Below are positions 1-12,714 of a stretch of 40,949 nt of DNA, in pieces (the first letter of the stretch is position 1; the number at the start of each line of letters is the position of its first letter). The stretch covers positions 1 through 40,949 of the forward strand of contig NGBS01000626.1 in the NCBI GenBank assembly GCA_002245135.1, in the 5' to 3' direction. A program made the translations under genes and the position numbers. The notes below the pieces were generated by a model. That model was given only the letters and a program-made list of their open reading frames with translations. It was not told the origin of the DNA and made no database searches. This stretch comes from Proteromonas lacertae (lineage: Eukaryota).

Positions 1-812
1 TCAAATGATATACATCATCAAACTTATTCATTCTTTAAGTTCAGACTTCAGATGTTGTATTTCTGTTAATCATGTATAAATAAGTACAATGCATCTGGAA
101 GTTTCTCAAATATCATCTTATATATAAAATTTTAAAAATCAAATTTTCTTTACTAAAATTCAAATGATATACATCATCAAACTTATTCATTCTTTAAGTT
201 TCCAGACTTCAGATGTTGTATTTCTGTTAATCATTTATAGATAAGTACAATACATCTGGAAGTTTATCAAATATCATCTTATATATAAAATTTTAAAAAT
301 CAAATTTTCTACTAAAATTCAAATGATATACATCATCAAACTTATTCATTCTTTAAGTTCAGACTTCAGATGTTGTATTTCTGTTAATCATTTATAGATA
401 AGTACAATGCATCTGGAAGTTTATCAAATATCATCTTATATATAAAATTTTAAAAATCAAATTTTCTTACTAAAATTCAAATGATATATATCACCAACTT
501 ATTCATTCTTTAAGTTCAGACTTCAGATGTTGTATTTCTGTTAATCATTTATAGATAAGTACAATACATCTGGAAGTTTATCAAATATCATCTTATATAT
601 AAAATTTTAAAAATCAAATTTTCTTACTAAAATTAAAATGATATACATCATCAAACTTATTCATTCTTTAAGTTCAGACTTCAGATGTTGTATTTCTTTT
701 AATCATGTATAAATAAGTACAATGCATCTGGAAGTTTATCAAATATCATCTTATATATAAAATTTTAAAAATCAAATTTTCTTACTAAAATTCAAATGAT
801 ATACATCCATCA
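1..812. repeat. Tandem repeat, ~158-bp unit, ~5 copies visible (probably continues past the window start)
   Basis: Unit TCAAATGATATACATCATCAAACTTATTC...TTTTCTTACTAAAAT restarts at ~1, 160, 319, 477, 634 and partially at 792, with a few substitutions and indels between copies. Confidence 0.95.
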
Positions 813-917
813 CCAATAATTTTTGTAAATTATTATTATTACAATTGATCATCATTTTAAAATTTCTTGATGAATTTTATAAATTATTATTTTATATTTT
901 TTATAATATATAAAATT

Positions 918-1800
918 ATGTTTATTGGTGATAGAAATAATAATACATCAGATATTGATACAAAAGAGATTGCAAGTGAGATATCAAAAAATGTTAGTGT
1001 TAATATAGATATTCAAACATTATCAGATTCCATATCACAAAAGATTCAAATACCAACACCTAATATAACTGTAGATAGTAATAGTATATCAACCTATATA
1101 AATAAGCCAATAAATGATAATACTGATACTAAAACAAAAGCAATAAAAGATGAAGTAGATCAAATTTATAATGAAGTAGATACAATAAGAAATATTGGTA
1201 GAGTTGTAGGTTGTAATGATTATAATACTGATGAAGAATTATATATGACTCAAGGTTTTGGTAGATATGATTCAATTTATAATCATCTTAAATTAATAAA
1301 TATATATAATCCACAACCTTATAGTATTCAAAACACAACATGGACTGTAAAAGTTACTAATAATGATTCATCAGAATCAATTATAGATCAGATACCTATT
1401 AAAGTTACAATATTCATGAATTCTATAAGAATCAAAATTTATAATACATCAATTAATTTATAATGATAGATCAAATATAAAACAAATTGATATTTATCTA
1501 GATGATAATCATTTATTATCAAAATTATATAGTAATCAATCTGTATTAACTGATTTTTATAATAAGCTTGTTGAAAAATACCCTAATGATGGTAGTAATG
1601 TTATATCATTCCCATTACAAATTTATAATAATGAACAATACCCACCATTATACATACCAACACATTTTATATTAATAAATGATAATAAACCTAATCTACA
1701 TTTACAAAGTGATAGTATTGAAGGTTATCAAAAACAATGCATATTACCAGATGTTATTGATATTATGAATATTGATTATGATATTATCAATCCTTTATAA
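918..1800 (+). pseudogene. Intronless orphan ORF disrupted by frameshift(s) near 1405-1440; possibly viral
   Basis: ATG at 918 (MFIGDRNNN...). The ORF-track frame stops at 1463, but another frame is open 1429-1800 (IIHQLIYNDRSNIKQIDIYLDD...DYDIINPL*), with no convincing GT-AG intron joining them. Confidence 0.5.
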
Positions 1801-2142
1801 TATACTATTTATTACATCATCAATATCTTTTAGTATAATTTTAGTATATTTTTAGTGAATTATAAACACCTTTTATTAATTTTAGTGAAATCCCACCATG
1901 TATTATAAAATATTTATCCCATCATCCTTTATATCCCTACCAGTAAAACCAGTAGAACTTAGAATAACATAGCTTGTAGCGACCTGTTCTACCCCTGCCG
2001 TGGCTACTGTAGAGAAAGACTATAGATCAATATTTTACTATTAATCCATCAGTAATTAATATTTCAAATTTTTTAATTTGTTTCCTCAATATTTTAAACA
2101 TTTTGGATATTTTGGGTATAGGAACACTAAATATCCTGTTTT

Positions 2143-3507
2143 TTAATATCCTCTATAATATATAACATTCCATTCAGGTGGATGAACTTTTCTCTGTTTC
2201 AACCCAGCCCAATCAACATCACTGAAGAATTTGGTTGACATTATATCTTCTGTGACTTGAGGTCTATCTTTAGTCTCTTTCTTCAATAACCATTGTATTA
2301 ATTCAACAAACTCACTAGACAAGTATTCTGGGTAAGTTGGTTCTTCATTTAATATTTTCTGGTGTCTAACCATCCTATTTTTAGCGCTAAATGGAGCATT
2401 ACCACAACACAACTCATACAGTAAATTACCATACTGCCAGTAGTCTAATGTTCGATCATGACCAGTGGAGCATCCCCTTAGCATTTCAGGTGCATAATAC
2501 AAATCAGTGCCACATATTGTATATGTCTTAGATTCAGAAGCTTTTAATATCTTACTCAAACCGAAATCTGTTAATAACGCATGTCCTTCATCATCTAGTA
2601 ATATATTCTCTGGTTTTATATCACGATGTAATATATTATGAAAATGTAAATGATCTAATGCCAATAATACCTCTGATCCATAAAATTTAACCATATACTC
2701 AGGAAACTTCCCTTTTCTCTTCAAGACATTATATAAATCACCACCAGAGCAATATTGCTGTGCATAATACAATGCACGATTGTCCTGAAAGGCAAAACAA
2801 AGGTTTACTATGTAAGGATGACCAGAAACTTTTTGAAATATTGCTCTTTCTTCTACACAGTGACGTAATAGACTACTACTCTCTACATATGCTTTCTTTA
2901 ATGCCACTAATGTATTGGATGGTATATGACGAGATAAATATACTTCACCAAAAGCACCTTTACCGATACTTTTGATTATTTCAAAATCACTTAATTGGGG
3001 ACGGATTGAACTGTTTCGGAGATATTTTAACCAATTATCACGGATATCTTGATCGCTGATGTTTAAAATCAATCCACGACCTTTACTATTTTCAATTTTT
3101 ATTAAATACTGTTTTTTATCATTATCATCTTCTATTGATAGTCGACATGCATTCAAATCTAATAATCGGTCAGGATCTAATATGGAATGAGGACCTGTGT
3201 ATGGATCTGAAGGTAGATTTTTTGCTTTTCTGGTAGCGTGGAAATCTAATGCCACTTTTGTGGCATTTCGACCAAAACATAATAAATATCGAGATTTTAT
3301 TACGAAATAACGAGCAGTTGTATAACCACCAAAAAATCGACGTTTCTTTTTGAAAAAATTCTCATGCAAAGCAGGCAGCTTTTTAAGCAGTTGATGAGTA
3401 TCACTATCATGATTTTTACATACGTCTTCAGCTAATTCTTCTAATTCTAAACCAGCCTTTTTTTCTTCTTTATCTATTAAAATTATTACCACATTTTACA
3501 TACACAT
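2143..3507 (-). CDS. PH-domain AGC-family Ser/Thr kinase (PKB/Akt/RSK-like)
   Basis: PH-like N-terminal domain (RYFVIK...RDNWLKYL); kinase motifs GKGAFGEV, VALK, HRDIKPEN, DFG, TICGTDLYYAPE. Likely start ATG at 3507 with a 30-nt intron 3474-3503. The 3' end is uncertain (possible 31-nt intron near 2136-2166). Confidence 0.9.
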
Positions 3508-3683
3508 TATATTGAGCTTATTTTTATTATATAATCAGCAATTCAGATTTAAGAAGAATTGAGAGAAAAAATAATATTCAGTTTCGTTAACCAGTTTCAT
3601 TTTTCAATAACCCCAAAAAATAAACAATCAAAAATTCATAAAACAGAATAATAACAAGAAAATAATAATATAATTACAACAAT

Positions 3684-5326
3684 CTATGAATTATTGTAGA
3701 TTTCGTCTGAAGGACTTAAAACATCATTCTCAGATAAAACTCGAGGAATTAAATTATTTCCTGCACAATAAATTCCATCAAAACAACTACAATCAAATCC
3801 ATCAAACTTATGATTTTCATCTTCTAAACTTTTTACAGCATTTCTTAAACCATCTAATGTTTGATAAACTATCCAATCAGCTCCTATTGATGAAGCTATT
3901 TCACTAGAATCTTTTTTATTATAAGCAATTAATTCTCCATGAGTTGGCATATCAATTCCATATACATTTGGATGTAAAACTGGAGGAGAGGCTATTCCAA
4001 AATACACTTTCTTTGCTCCACTAGTTCTCAACATTTCAATTATTTCTTTGGAAGTTGTACCTCGAACGATTGAATCATCGATTAATAATACACGCTTGCC
4101 TTGAATTTCTGACTATTTTTTATTTTAAATAAAATAATAATATATTTATATATATATACTCTCAATGGATTTAATTTCATTCGAACTGCATTAATTCTCA
4201 TTGATTGACCTGGCATTATAAAAGTTCGAGCTACATATCGATTCTTTATTAAACCTTCAGTATATGGCTTACCAAGAGCTTCAGCTGTTGATAAAGCAGT
4301 ACATCGGGAAGTCTCAGGAACTGGAGATACAATATCAATATCATCTTCTAATTTTAATTCTTTTATTTGTTTTGCTAATTCAATTCCCATCATTTTTCTA
4401 GCTTGATGAACAGATACATGATCAATTATTGAATCAGGACGAGCAATATAAACATATTCAAATATGCAAGGTTGAAGTTTATTATCTTCATGAACGATTC
4501 GTTTATTTAGATTTCCATCATTATCAATTATTATACATTCACCAGGTAATATATCATCTATTAATTCATAACCTAATACATCTAACGAAACACTTTCAGA
4601 AGCAATACAATAATCAACTTCTATATAATAATAATAATAATAATATATACTTCCATTATTTTCTCTTTTTCCATAACATACTGGTCTAATACCATTTGGA
4701 TCTCTAAATCCGACTATTCCAAACCCATGAATCATTGCTACCACAGCATAAGCACCTTTACATAATTTCATTACTTTCTTAGCTGCTTCAAATACGATAT
4801 CACTACAGATTTCTTTATCTCGAGTTAGATTCAAGATTTCATCTGCGAATATATTCATGATTAACTCACTGTCAGAATTGGTATTAGTGTGACGTGTTTT
4901 TAATGTCTTTACTACTTCTCCTGCGTTTATCAAATTTCCATTTTGAGCTACAGCTATACCATAAGGAGTATTGGTATAAAAGGGTTGAGCTTCAGCTGCT
5001 TTACAGGCTGCTGCTGATGGATAACGACAATGTCCAATTCCCATATATCCTGGTAAGGTACTTAGGGTTTTCTCATTGAAAACACTATTAAATTAAACCA
5101 ATTATTGCCTTTTATGGAATTATAAATATACTCATTAACAAAACCTTCGTTTTTACACAAGTTAATTCTGTCTCCATCACTAGTGATCATACCAGCACTA
5201 TCTATGAAACTAATTAGAAGTTTAAATACCTTGACCTCTGTGCTGGAGCATTGTAAGTCCGGTCACAATCTCCTGTCTAACATTGTTCTTTTTGTTAGCG
5301 AGGATTATTCCAATAATTCCACACAT
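3684..5326 (-). CDS. purF: Amidophosphoribosyltransferase (glutamine PRPP amidotransferase), 5 exons
   Basis: Starts MCGIIG (Ntn catalytic Cys2); LQHRGQDSAG, GIGHCRYP, RDPNGIRP, PCIFEYVY, VLLIDDSIVRGTTS, YGIDMPT. Introns at ~5202-5229, ~5085-5131, 4621-4650 (in-frame, 30 nt) and ~4113-4159. Confidence 0.96.
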
Positions 5327-5477
5327 TTAAAAAACAGAATGACGATTTAAAAAAGTAATCCGTTACAATCAAATTAAATGGGATTTCATTCAAAATTTTT
5401 GAACCGAATGTCGATTCATTTGTTTTTGATGTTTTAAAGAAATGTAGTCATCCATATTATAATTAAAAATTATTAAT

Positions 5478-8400
5478 TTAATTACTACTACTTAATGAAT
5501 CTGTACTCAACTCTAACAAATCTAATTTATATTTCATAACTCTCTTTCTACAAGCATATTGCTTCCAATACTTTAAATAGGAGATTATTTTAGTTCTCAA
5601 TAAAGGATAACAATTTCTTCTAGATAAATTATCTAAAGCATATTTATCAGCTAAAATGTAGTTATCTCTCTGTTTTTTCTTCTTCAAATAATATATCTTC
5701 CACATTGTATAACATAACTCCATTAATTTCTTTGATTGATAAATAGAAGTATCTCTTTTGATAATTTCAATAAAACTATTCCTCTTCCACATATTATAGT
5801 ACTTTTTTATCATTTTCAATTTATAATATATCTCAGCCTTATGATTTTCATAATTCAATTTCTTAACATCATTCACATTCTCATTCCATAATTGAAAACA
5901 ACGACTAGTTATATAATAATTGTTCATTTGTATTGCTTGTTGTAGTTTATTATTATAATCATTACAATTCTCCCTCCATATCTTAAAATAATTACTCAAT
6001 ATACTGTTTCTATAAATTCTCTTTATTAATAATCCATTTTTCCATATATTATAATACTTTTCCATTATGTATTTATACTTCCAATAATATTGAAAATCAG
6101 TTATTAATTTCTTTGTATTACTATTAATATCTCTCCAACTATGAAATATCTTTTTGAGATGAATTAAATTCCATTTTTTTCTATACTTTTTAATTGAAAT
6201 GAATATCTTTATATTATTTTTCCATTCATAGAACGTTTTTAATATCAGTTTGTTATTATATGAATATTCTGCTCTGAATTGTTTGGATAATAATATCTTC
6301 TTCACTTTTCTTTTTAAAACTCTTTTTCTCCAATCATCAAAGAGGATTTTAAGTAATTGAAATTCATCTGAATAACTATACCAAAAATAAGAATAAATAT
6401 ATATTATTTTTATACTGTTTAATATTGGCTTGATATCTTTCAACGGCTATTTGTTCAATATATCCAAATACTTTTCTTAATTTCAAATGCATTTTGTATT
6501 TATTAATCCATTGATTATATGAATCTCTTAATACATGAGGTTTTATTAACTATATACAACAAAAATAAGAATGAATTATTATATTATATAATATACTCTA
6601 GTCATTTGTATAGTTCTATTTCTTAACTCTTTCATCTTTATTGTAATTTCACTCCAATTCTTTAAACTCTTCAATTTCATATTTATGTTATACAAATTTC
6701 TACTTTTCATATTATTTTCTTCATTGATTCTTTTATTGAAACTATAATTATGCCAATATTCTACAACATTGTGAATATAATGAGTTTTATAGAACTCAAC
6801 AGCTTTTTCATCATTATTAATATCCTTTTCAATCATTTTATCAGTCAATAATTTCCATTGAACGATTATTTTCTGAAATAATTTAAACATATATCTTTCA
6901 TTTATAATTTCTATTTGTTTTTTTCTCAATTGATATTTTAACTTCCATACATTAAATATACTACTAAGCTGATAATAATGATGTAAATTGATTAATTTTT
7001 TTTGTTTATCTTTCAAATATTCTCTGTTATTCCTATGGATTTGACTATATTCACATAAATATAATAAACTCTCTTTCATTATTTTTTTAATATAATAATC
7101 TATTGCTATTTTAATATTCATTTTATAATTTGAATATTCTTTTAATTTCTTAAACATTTTACTTAATAATCTATTTTCATAATATTGAATAGATATTTGA
7201 TATTTTTTATTGTCTATATAAATATTAAACCATTTTAGAAAAGATGATTTCAATTGGATGTGGTTGTGATTATATTTTATTTTATCACTTATTCTTTCAT
7301 AATATATTCGATATTTTTGTTTGTTTAATGTATAATTAAACCATTGTTTCATGATTTTCTTTAAATTTCTTCTAATTATTTCCTTTTTTAATTTTTTACT
7401 GTTTATTTTACCTATTGTATATCTTTTCCATGTTTTTAGTATTATTGTCTTTAAATATTTCATATAAATTGGATTTATTGAATGGTATAAAAATCTTAAA
7501 CTCTGTTTTCTTTTACAATACAAATATAATCTCTTCAAAGCTTTTCTCTTCTTCATTTTATTGAAAAGCTCGATTCTGGTTTGACAGAATATTTTTTTCA
7601 TACACCACTTTTTCCAAATTCTGAATATTTCTTTTTGTTGATAATATTTATGTCTATTTTCTATCTGATCCTGTATATTACTGTAATACAAATGAAATCT
7701 GTATTTCATATCAGTATAATCCTTCCAATTAGTCAAACATTTTCGAATTAAGTTCTTTTCATTATATTTTTCTACTATTTTAGTTTTCTTGTTGTATATA
7801 CTATTCTTATTCCATTCAATAATGATTTTGTGTAATAACAACTGATTATGTCTCATTTCTATAGCATTTTCACATACTTCAAAAAATCTTCTTTTCTGAT
7901 TCTTTTCTTCTTTATAATTATACCAAAAACGGATATATTTTTGAATTAAGAAGTTAGTATAGTATTTAGATGAACATTTTAATGTTTTCTTGTGTATATA
8001 ATACTTTTTCCACTCATTTATACATTTCTGCTTAATCCTCCTATTTTTCATCAATACATAATCACCCATTTTTATTTCCGCTATTGCTACTTTTTCTTTA
8101 TCATATAAATGATTTATATACCAAATACTATAGTAATTCTTTAATAAATGTGATTTATAGTGTTTATCAGCTTTATCTATATCATTTTTCATTTTTATTT
8201 CATCATTAATTCTCTCTTGAATGTTTTTTTCTACCTCTTCTCTATTTGGAGGTCTTATTATGATAAAATCATCATTAGGCTTGGATTTTGGTTTGATTGG
8301 TTTTTCAGATTTTGTTGATTTTGTCGATGATGAAGAAGAAGAATATGATGATAATGATTTTCTATTATTGTATTTCAATTGTTTAAGAGGTAATGATGAA

Positions 8401-11400
8401 GATCTCTTCATATTTTTCTTTGATAATTTAAATGATCTTGAGTCAGTCTTATTATCATTATTTGATTTAATTTGATTTATATTTGGTTGTTGATTTACCA
8501 CATTTGATGTTTGAACAGATTTGTTATTATCCTGTTTAGTTGAAGTCTGAATTGATTTGTCTGTAGTTGAATATGACGATGTTTCTAGGTTTCTTATTGA
8601 ATTGTATATAATAGGATAACTACCATTGGGTGTTTGTAAATATGAATATTTTGATGAAGAAGATGAAGATGATATAGATTTAGCAGTTTCTGGCTTAGTA
8701 GTTACTGTTGTTGATAATGAGGAAGAGGAATAAGAGGAGGAGGAAGAATACGAATAAGAAGATGATGAAATTTGAGGAATTATGAAATTTGGTTTGATTG
8801 GATTTGTCTGCTTATTTTCTATTACATCTTCATTATTATTATTATTATTATTATCACTAGAAATACTCTCTTTATCTGTTATATTAACAGTATTATTTGG
8901 TGTATATGTTGAATTTGATGGAAATGGATAAGTGATATCTGATGATTTATTATTACTATTATTATATGATATATTACTATTTGAAGGAATTGGATATAAA
9001 TTATTATTATTATTATCTTTTGAATTGGGTATACTTTTACTTTTACTATTATTTTTATTGATAATAGGATAAAAAGCTGATTGACTTAATGATGATGATG
9101 ATAACAATGATAATGATGTTGATATGGAAGAATCAATTACATCAACAGAATCTGATAATAATACCAATGATGGAGATGGAGATGGAGATGGAAGTAATGA
9201 AGGTAAAGAAATTGAAGAACGAGAAGGAGTTGATAATGGAGATGTTGATGATAATGACTTTGTACTTGTTTTATTCTTTTTGCTTTTATATTCATTCCAA
9301 TCTAATGGTTTATATGTAAACTGGTTGTGGTTAAGTCTTTCTAATATTGGATTGATTGTGTTATTGTTCTTATCATTACTATCACTACTTTGGCTTGATG
9401 AAGTTTGGGATTTGATTATAGTTGATATATCATTATTAAAAGGTAATGTTTCTATTTGTTTTTCTTTCTCTTTTTCTAATGATATTTCTTTATTATCATT
9501 TATTGGAGTTATATTTTCTTTTGCTATATTTATACCTGGGCTTATATTCAATATATTATCATTATTATTGTTGTTTAAATCATATATAATTGATGATAAT
9601 GTTGAATCTAATAAAGATGTTTCTAATGAATTAGACTGGCTATGATGCTGTTGTATTGAGATATTTCCATCTGATGATGATGAAGTAGGAGTTTTATTAT
9701 CAATTGGTGAAGAAGCAATGGATGTATCTATTATTAATGATTGTTCAGACGATTGTACTGATTGTTCTGTCGATTGTTGTTGTACTAATTTAGTCGGTTG
9801 TTCTGACTGTTTTATCGGTTGTTCTTCTGGTTGTTGTGATTGTTGTGAATCTATTGGATATGCTGAATAAGACAATGTTTTATTATTATAATTATTATTG
9901 GATGAATTATCAGGTAATATATAACCATTATTATATGGAGATAATGACTGTGATGGTGATGTTGGATTAATTATAGAGGAAGATGAAGGAGAATGAGATG
10001 ATTGAGATATTGGTGTTGTTGATAATGGTGTATCTATATTCTGTTGTTGTTGTTGTTGTTGTTGTATTTGGTTACTATTAAACCATTTATAATTTGGATC
10101 ATTCAAAGCAGATATTATTGAAGATAGTGATGAAGTACGTGATAGTACTTTCACACTCTCTTTTTTACTTTTCTCATCATCATTCTTATTGGATAATGAT
10201 GGGTTATATACTGTTAAAGGTGAATTTCTGTATGTATTATTATTTAAAGATGGTAATGGATATACACTATCAGGAGATGATAAAAACAACATTGAAGTTG
10301 ATGATGAAGTAGTGAGTAAATCCTTGTTAGTGATGTTATTAATAGAATTATTTGATTTATTTATTGCTGTTGTATTTGTTGATAAAAATGGATATGTTGC
10401 TGGTGTAGAATTTAAATTATTTCCATTTATTGATGTTTTACTTGAAGAAGATGAAGATAATGATGTATATAGTGGAGTTGATGATGTAAATACATTATTA
10501 ATAGATATTGGTGAGATTTCACTTATTAATTCATTTGATTGGTTAATTAATGGATAAACATCTTCTGGAGTCTCTAATAGTAATGGATTGATTGAAGTTA
10601 TTGAGTTATTATTATTTTGTGTAGATTGATTTGGTTTTGTTGTTATTGAAGGATATATTCTATATTCTAATTTTGGCTTATCAACATGATTATCATTCTT
10701 ATTATCTGTATTTGTTGTATTTGTTGTATTTGATGTATTTGATGTATTTGATGTATTTGATGTACTAGAGGATGTACTGGATGTGTATATTGTTAAATTA
10801 TTCAAATATTCTATCCATTTATTCATATATAATAACTCAATACGACATTTATAATGATATATTATCGATTTAAATAACTTTGAAATTATATTCAAATTCT
10901 TACAATATTTATACCAATTCACCAACAAATTTCTTATTTTTTTCTTTTTAAATTTATTTATTAAATAATTAATTAAATGATTTCTATCTTTATTCATTTT
11001 AAAACATAACAATACTTCTTTCTTATATCTTTGATTGATTAATTGTGTTAAAAGTGTTTTATTATAATTATAAAGAGAATTTCGATTATTTCTATTAATA
11101 TATATATATATATTTATTTATACTTTTGTATAGATAAATGTTCAATCAATTGTTTCATATTCTTTTTTCGTTTATTCTTTTGGTTAATTAACTCTTTATA
11201 AAGATAATGATATTTCATTTGTGATACTGTTTTTATAGCTTTTAGAATCTCTAATTTACTATGATTATGCTATTTGTTATATAATATTATTGTAAATTAT
11301 ACAGTTTCATCTTCACAATTTATTATATGATTTGCTAATTCTAAACTCATTTCATCATTCTCAATAATATTGTCATTTTCATTTAAATTACTGCTAAATG

Positions 11401-12181
11401 ATGAAGAATTTGATGATTCGGTGATTTCATATCTTTCTATCTTCCCATTTACAGAATCTTCGCTATGAACAGAGTATTGGAATGATGAAAGGAAATCATT
11501 GGGTGATATTTGGGTTGAATTATTCACAAATATCTTTGGAATTGAATTATTTAATTTCATTCTACTCATCTTTGATATTCGGCTTGATTTGGGCTTGATT
11601 TTATTTTCTTCATTTTTTTCATTTTCTTTTTCTTTCAGTTTATTTTTCAATTCCATTACTTTAGACAATAACAGTCTGTTTTTATTTTTTACTTTATCTT
11701 CTTCCCCTTTTGAATCTACATTTTCTTTATTCTCATATTCTGGTAATAAGTTCTGTATTCCATATGAACTAGAAGGAGCATTATATCTACGACTATCATG
11801 AGCTTCCCATCCAACAAAATCACGATTTCGATGATTATTATTCAATAGTGACTTTAAATTAGTATTTGGTAGATAAGGTAAAGGATAAGTAGTTGAATGT
11901 TGTGAAGGTGGTGGTAATGGCGGTTTTAATGGTGGATATGATCTCAATTGATTATTCCATTTTTCATATAATTCTTTGAATGTATGATTTTGAGTGTCTT
12001 TTAAGTTTAATAATGGCTTTGAAGTAGTTGTATTATTATTGTCTGACAAAATAGATGGTGTTGAATATTGTGAATAGGGGACTGGAGGTGTTTGTAGTGA
12101 TGGGGTTAAATCTGTATACGATGATGAATATGATGATGTAAGTGAGTAAGATATCTTCGAGTCATTAAAATTTAATGACAT
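5478..12181 (-). CDS. Large Sfi1-like (centrin-binding-type Trp-repeat) protein with a long Ser/Asn/Thr low-complexity region
   Basis: ORFs 11297-12181, 6579-11012 and 5478-6443 join in frame through short GT-AG introns (~11272-11302, ~11092-11123, ~6550-6596, ~6376-6415). The C-terminal half has many K/R-rich repeats ending xxFxxW/xxxWK (KQKCINEWKKY, RKCLTNWKDY, KEIFRIWKKW). Confidence 0.65.
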
Positions 12182-12714
12182 ATATTCACTTTATTTGTTT
12201 ATTCAATAAATTCACAGTTAAAATAGTTGCACGTATTTCTTCTATTGTAATATTATCAAATACAGAAATTATATTGAGGATATAATTTTGGTTACAAAAA
12301 AAACTAAATATATAAGAAGATGAATTTTTAAATTCAAAAAATATCACAAATCAAAATTCGAGCCTAGATGAGAATAGAGATTGATGTTATTTAATTGATC
12401 TACTATTATTGTGTTATAATATGTTAAATATATATATGTATGTGTTTCATATTCTATGAGTGTAAATAAAAGTTCATTAATTCAACTATCTAGAAAGATC
12501 TTCATTAAAATCAACAGATTAAATATTGTTTGAATATTGAACTCTCTGACAATAAATTTGCCTTTGAGAGAAATTTGTTTGTTGATTTGGGTTTAAAATA
12601 AGGAAAAAAAAATTAAAGCTCAAACAAGAATCAAACATATTTAGTTTTTAAAACCATTAAAATCGCTTCCTATATTAGTTATTTAGTTATTATTTATTTG
12701 AGTATTTTATTTTG

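Noticed and set aside
1..812. CRISPR array, or a repeated exon with a 36-nt GTAAG...AG intron on the minus strand
   Set aside because: There are no unique spacers, and the would-be exon has stops in all three frames.
1900..2010. Left GC island and the 35.2-kb hairpins as paired TIRs of one element spanning the host genes
   Set aside because: No sequence match between the two regions by eye.
4621..4650. Poly-Tyr insertion (SIYYYYYYIE) in purF; likewise [11 protein letters not shown] in V-ATPase (31111-31140)
   Set aside because: In-frame 30-nt GT-AG introns read through by the ORF caller.
2760..5079. Short plus-strand ORFs overlapping the kinase and purF
   Set aside because: Antisense to well-supported genes, with no recognisable motifs.
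3684..5326. purF as recent bacterial transfer or contamination (no propeptide, MCG start)
   Set aside because: It has four host-style introns, and propeptide-less enzymes also occur in eukaryotes such as fungi; origin needs a phylogeny.
8221..11801. Plus-strand ORFs 8221, 9089, 9124, 10094, 10189 and 11499
   Set aside because: Antisense shadows of the low-complexity minus-strand gene.
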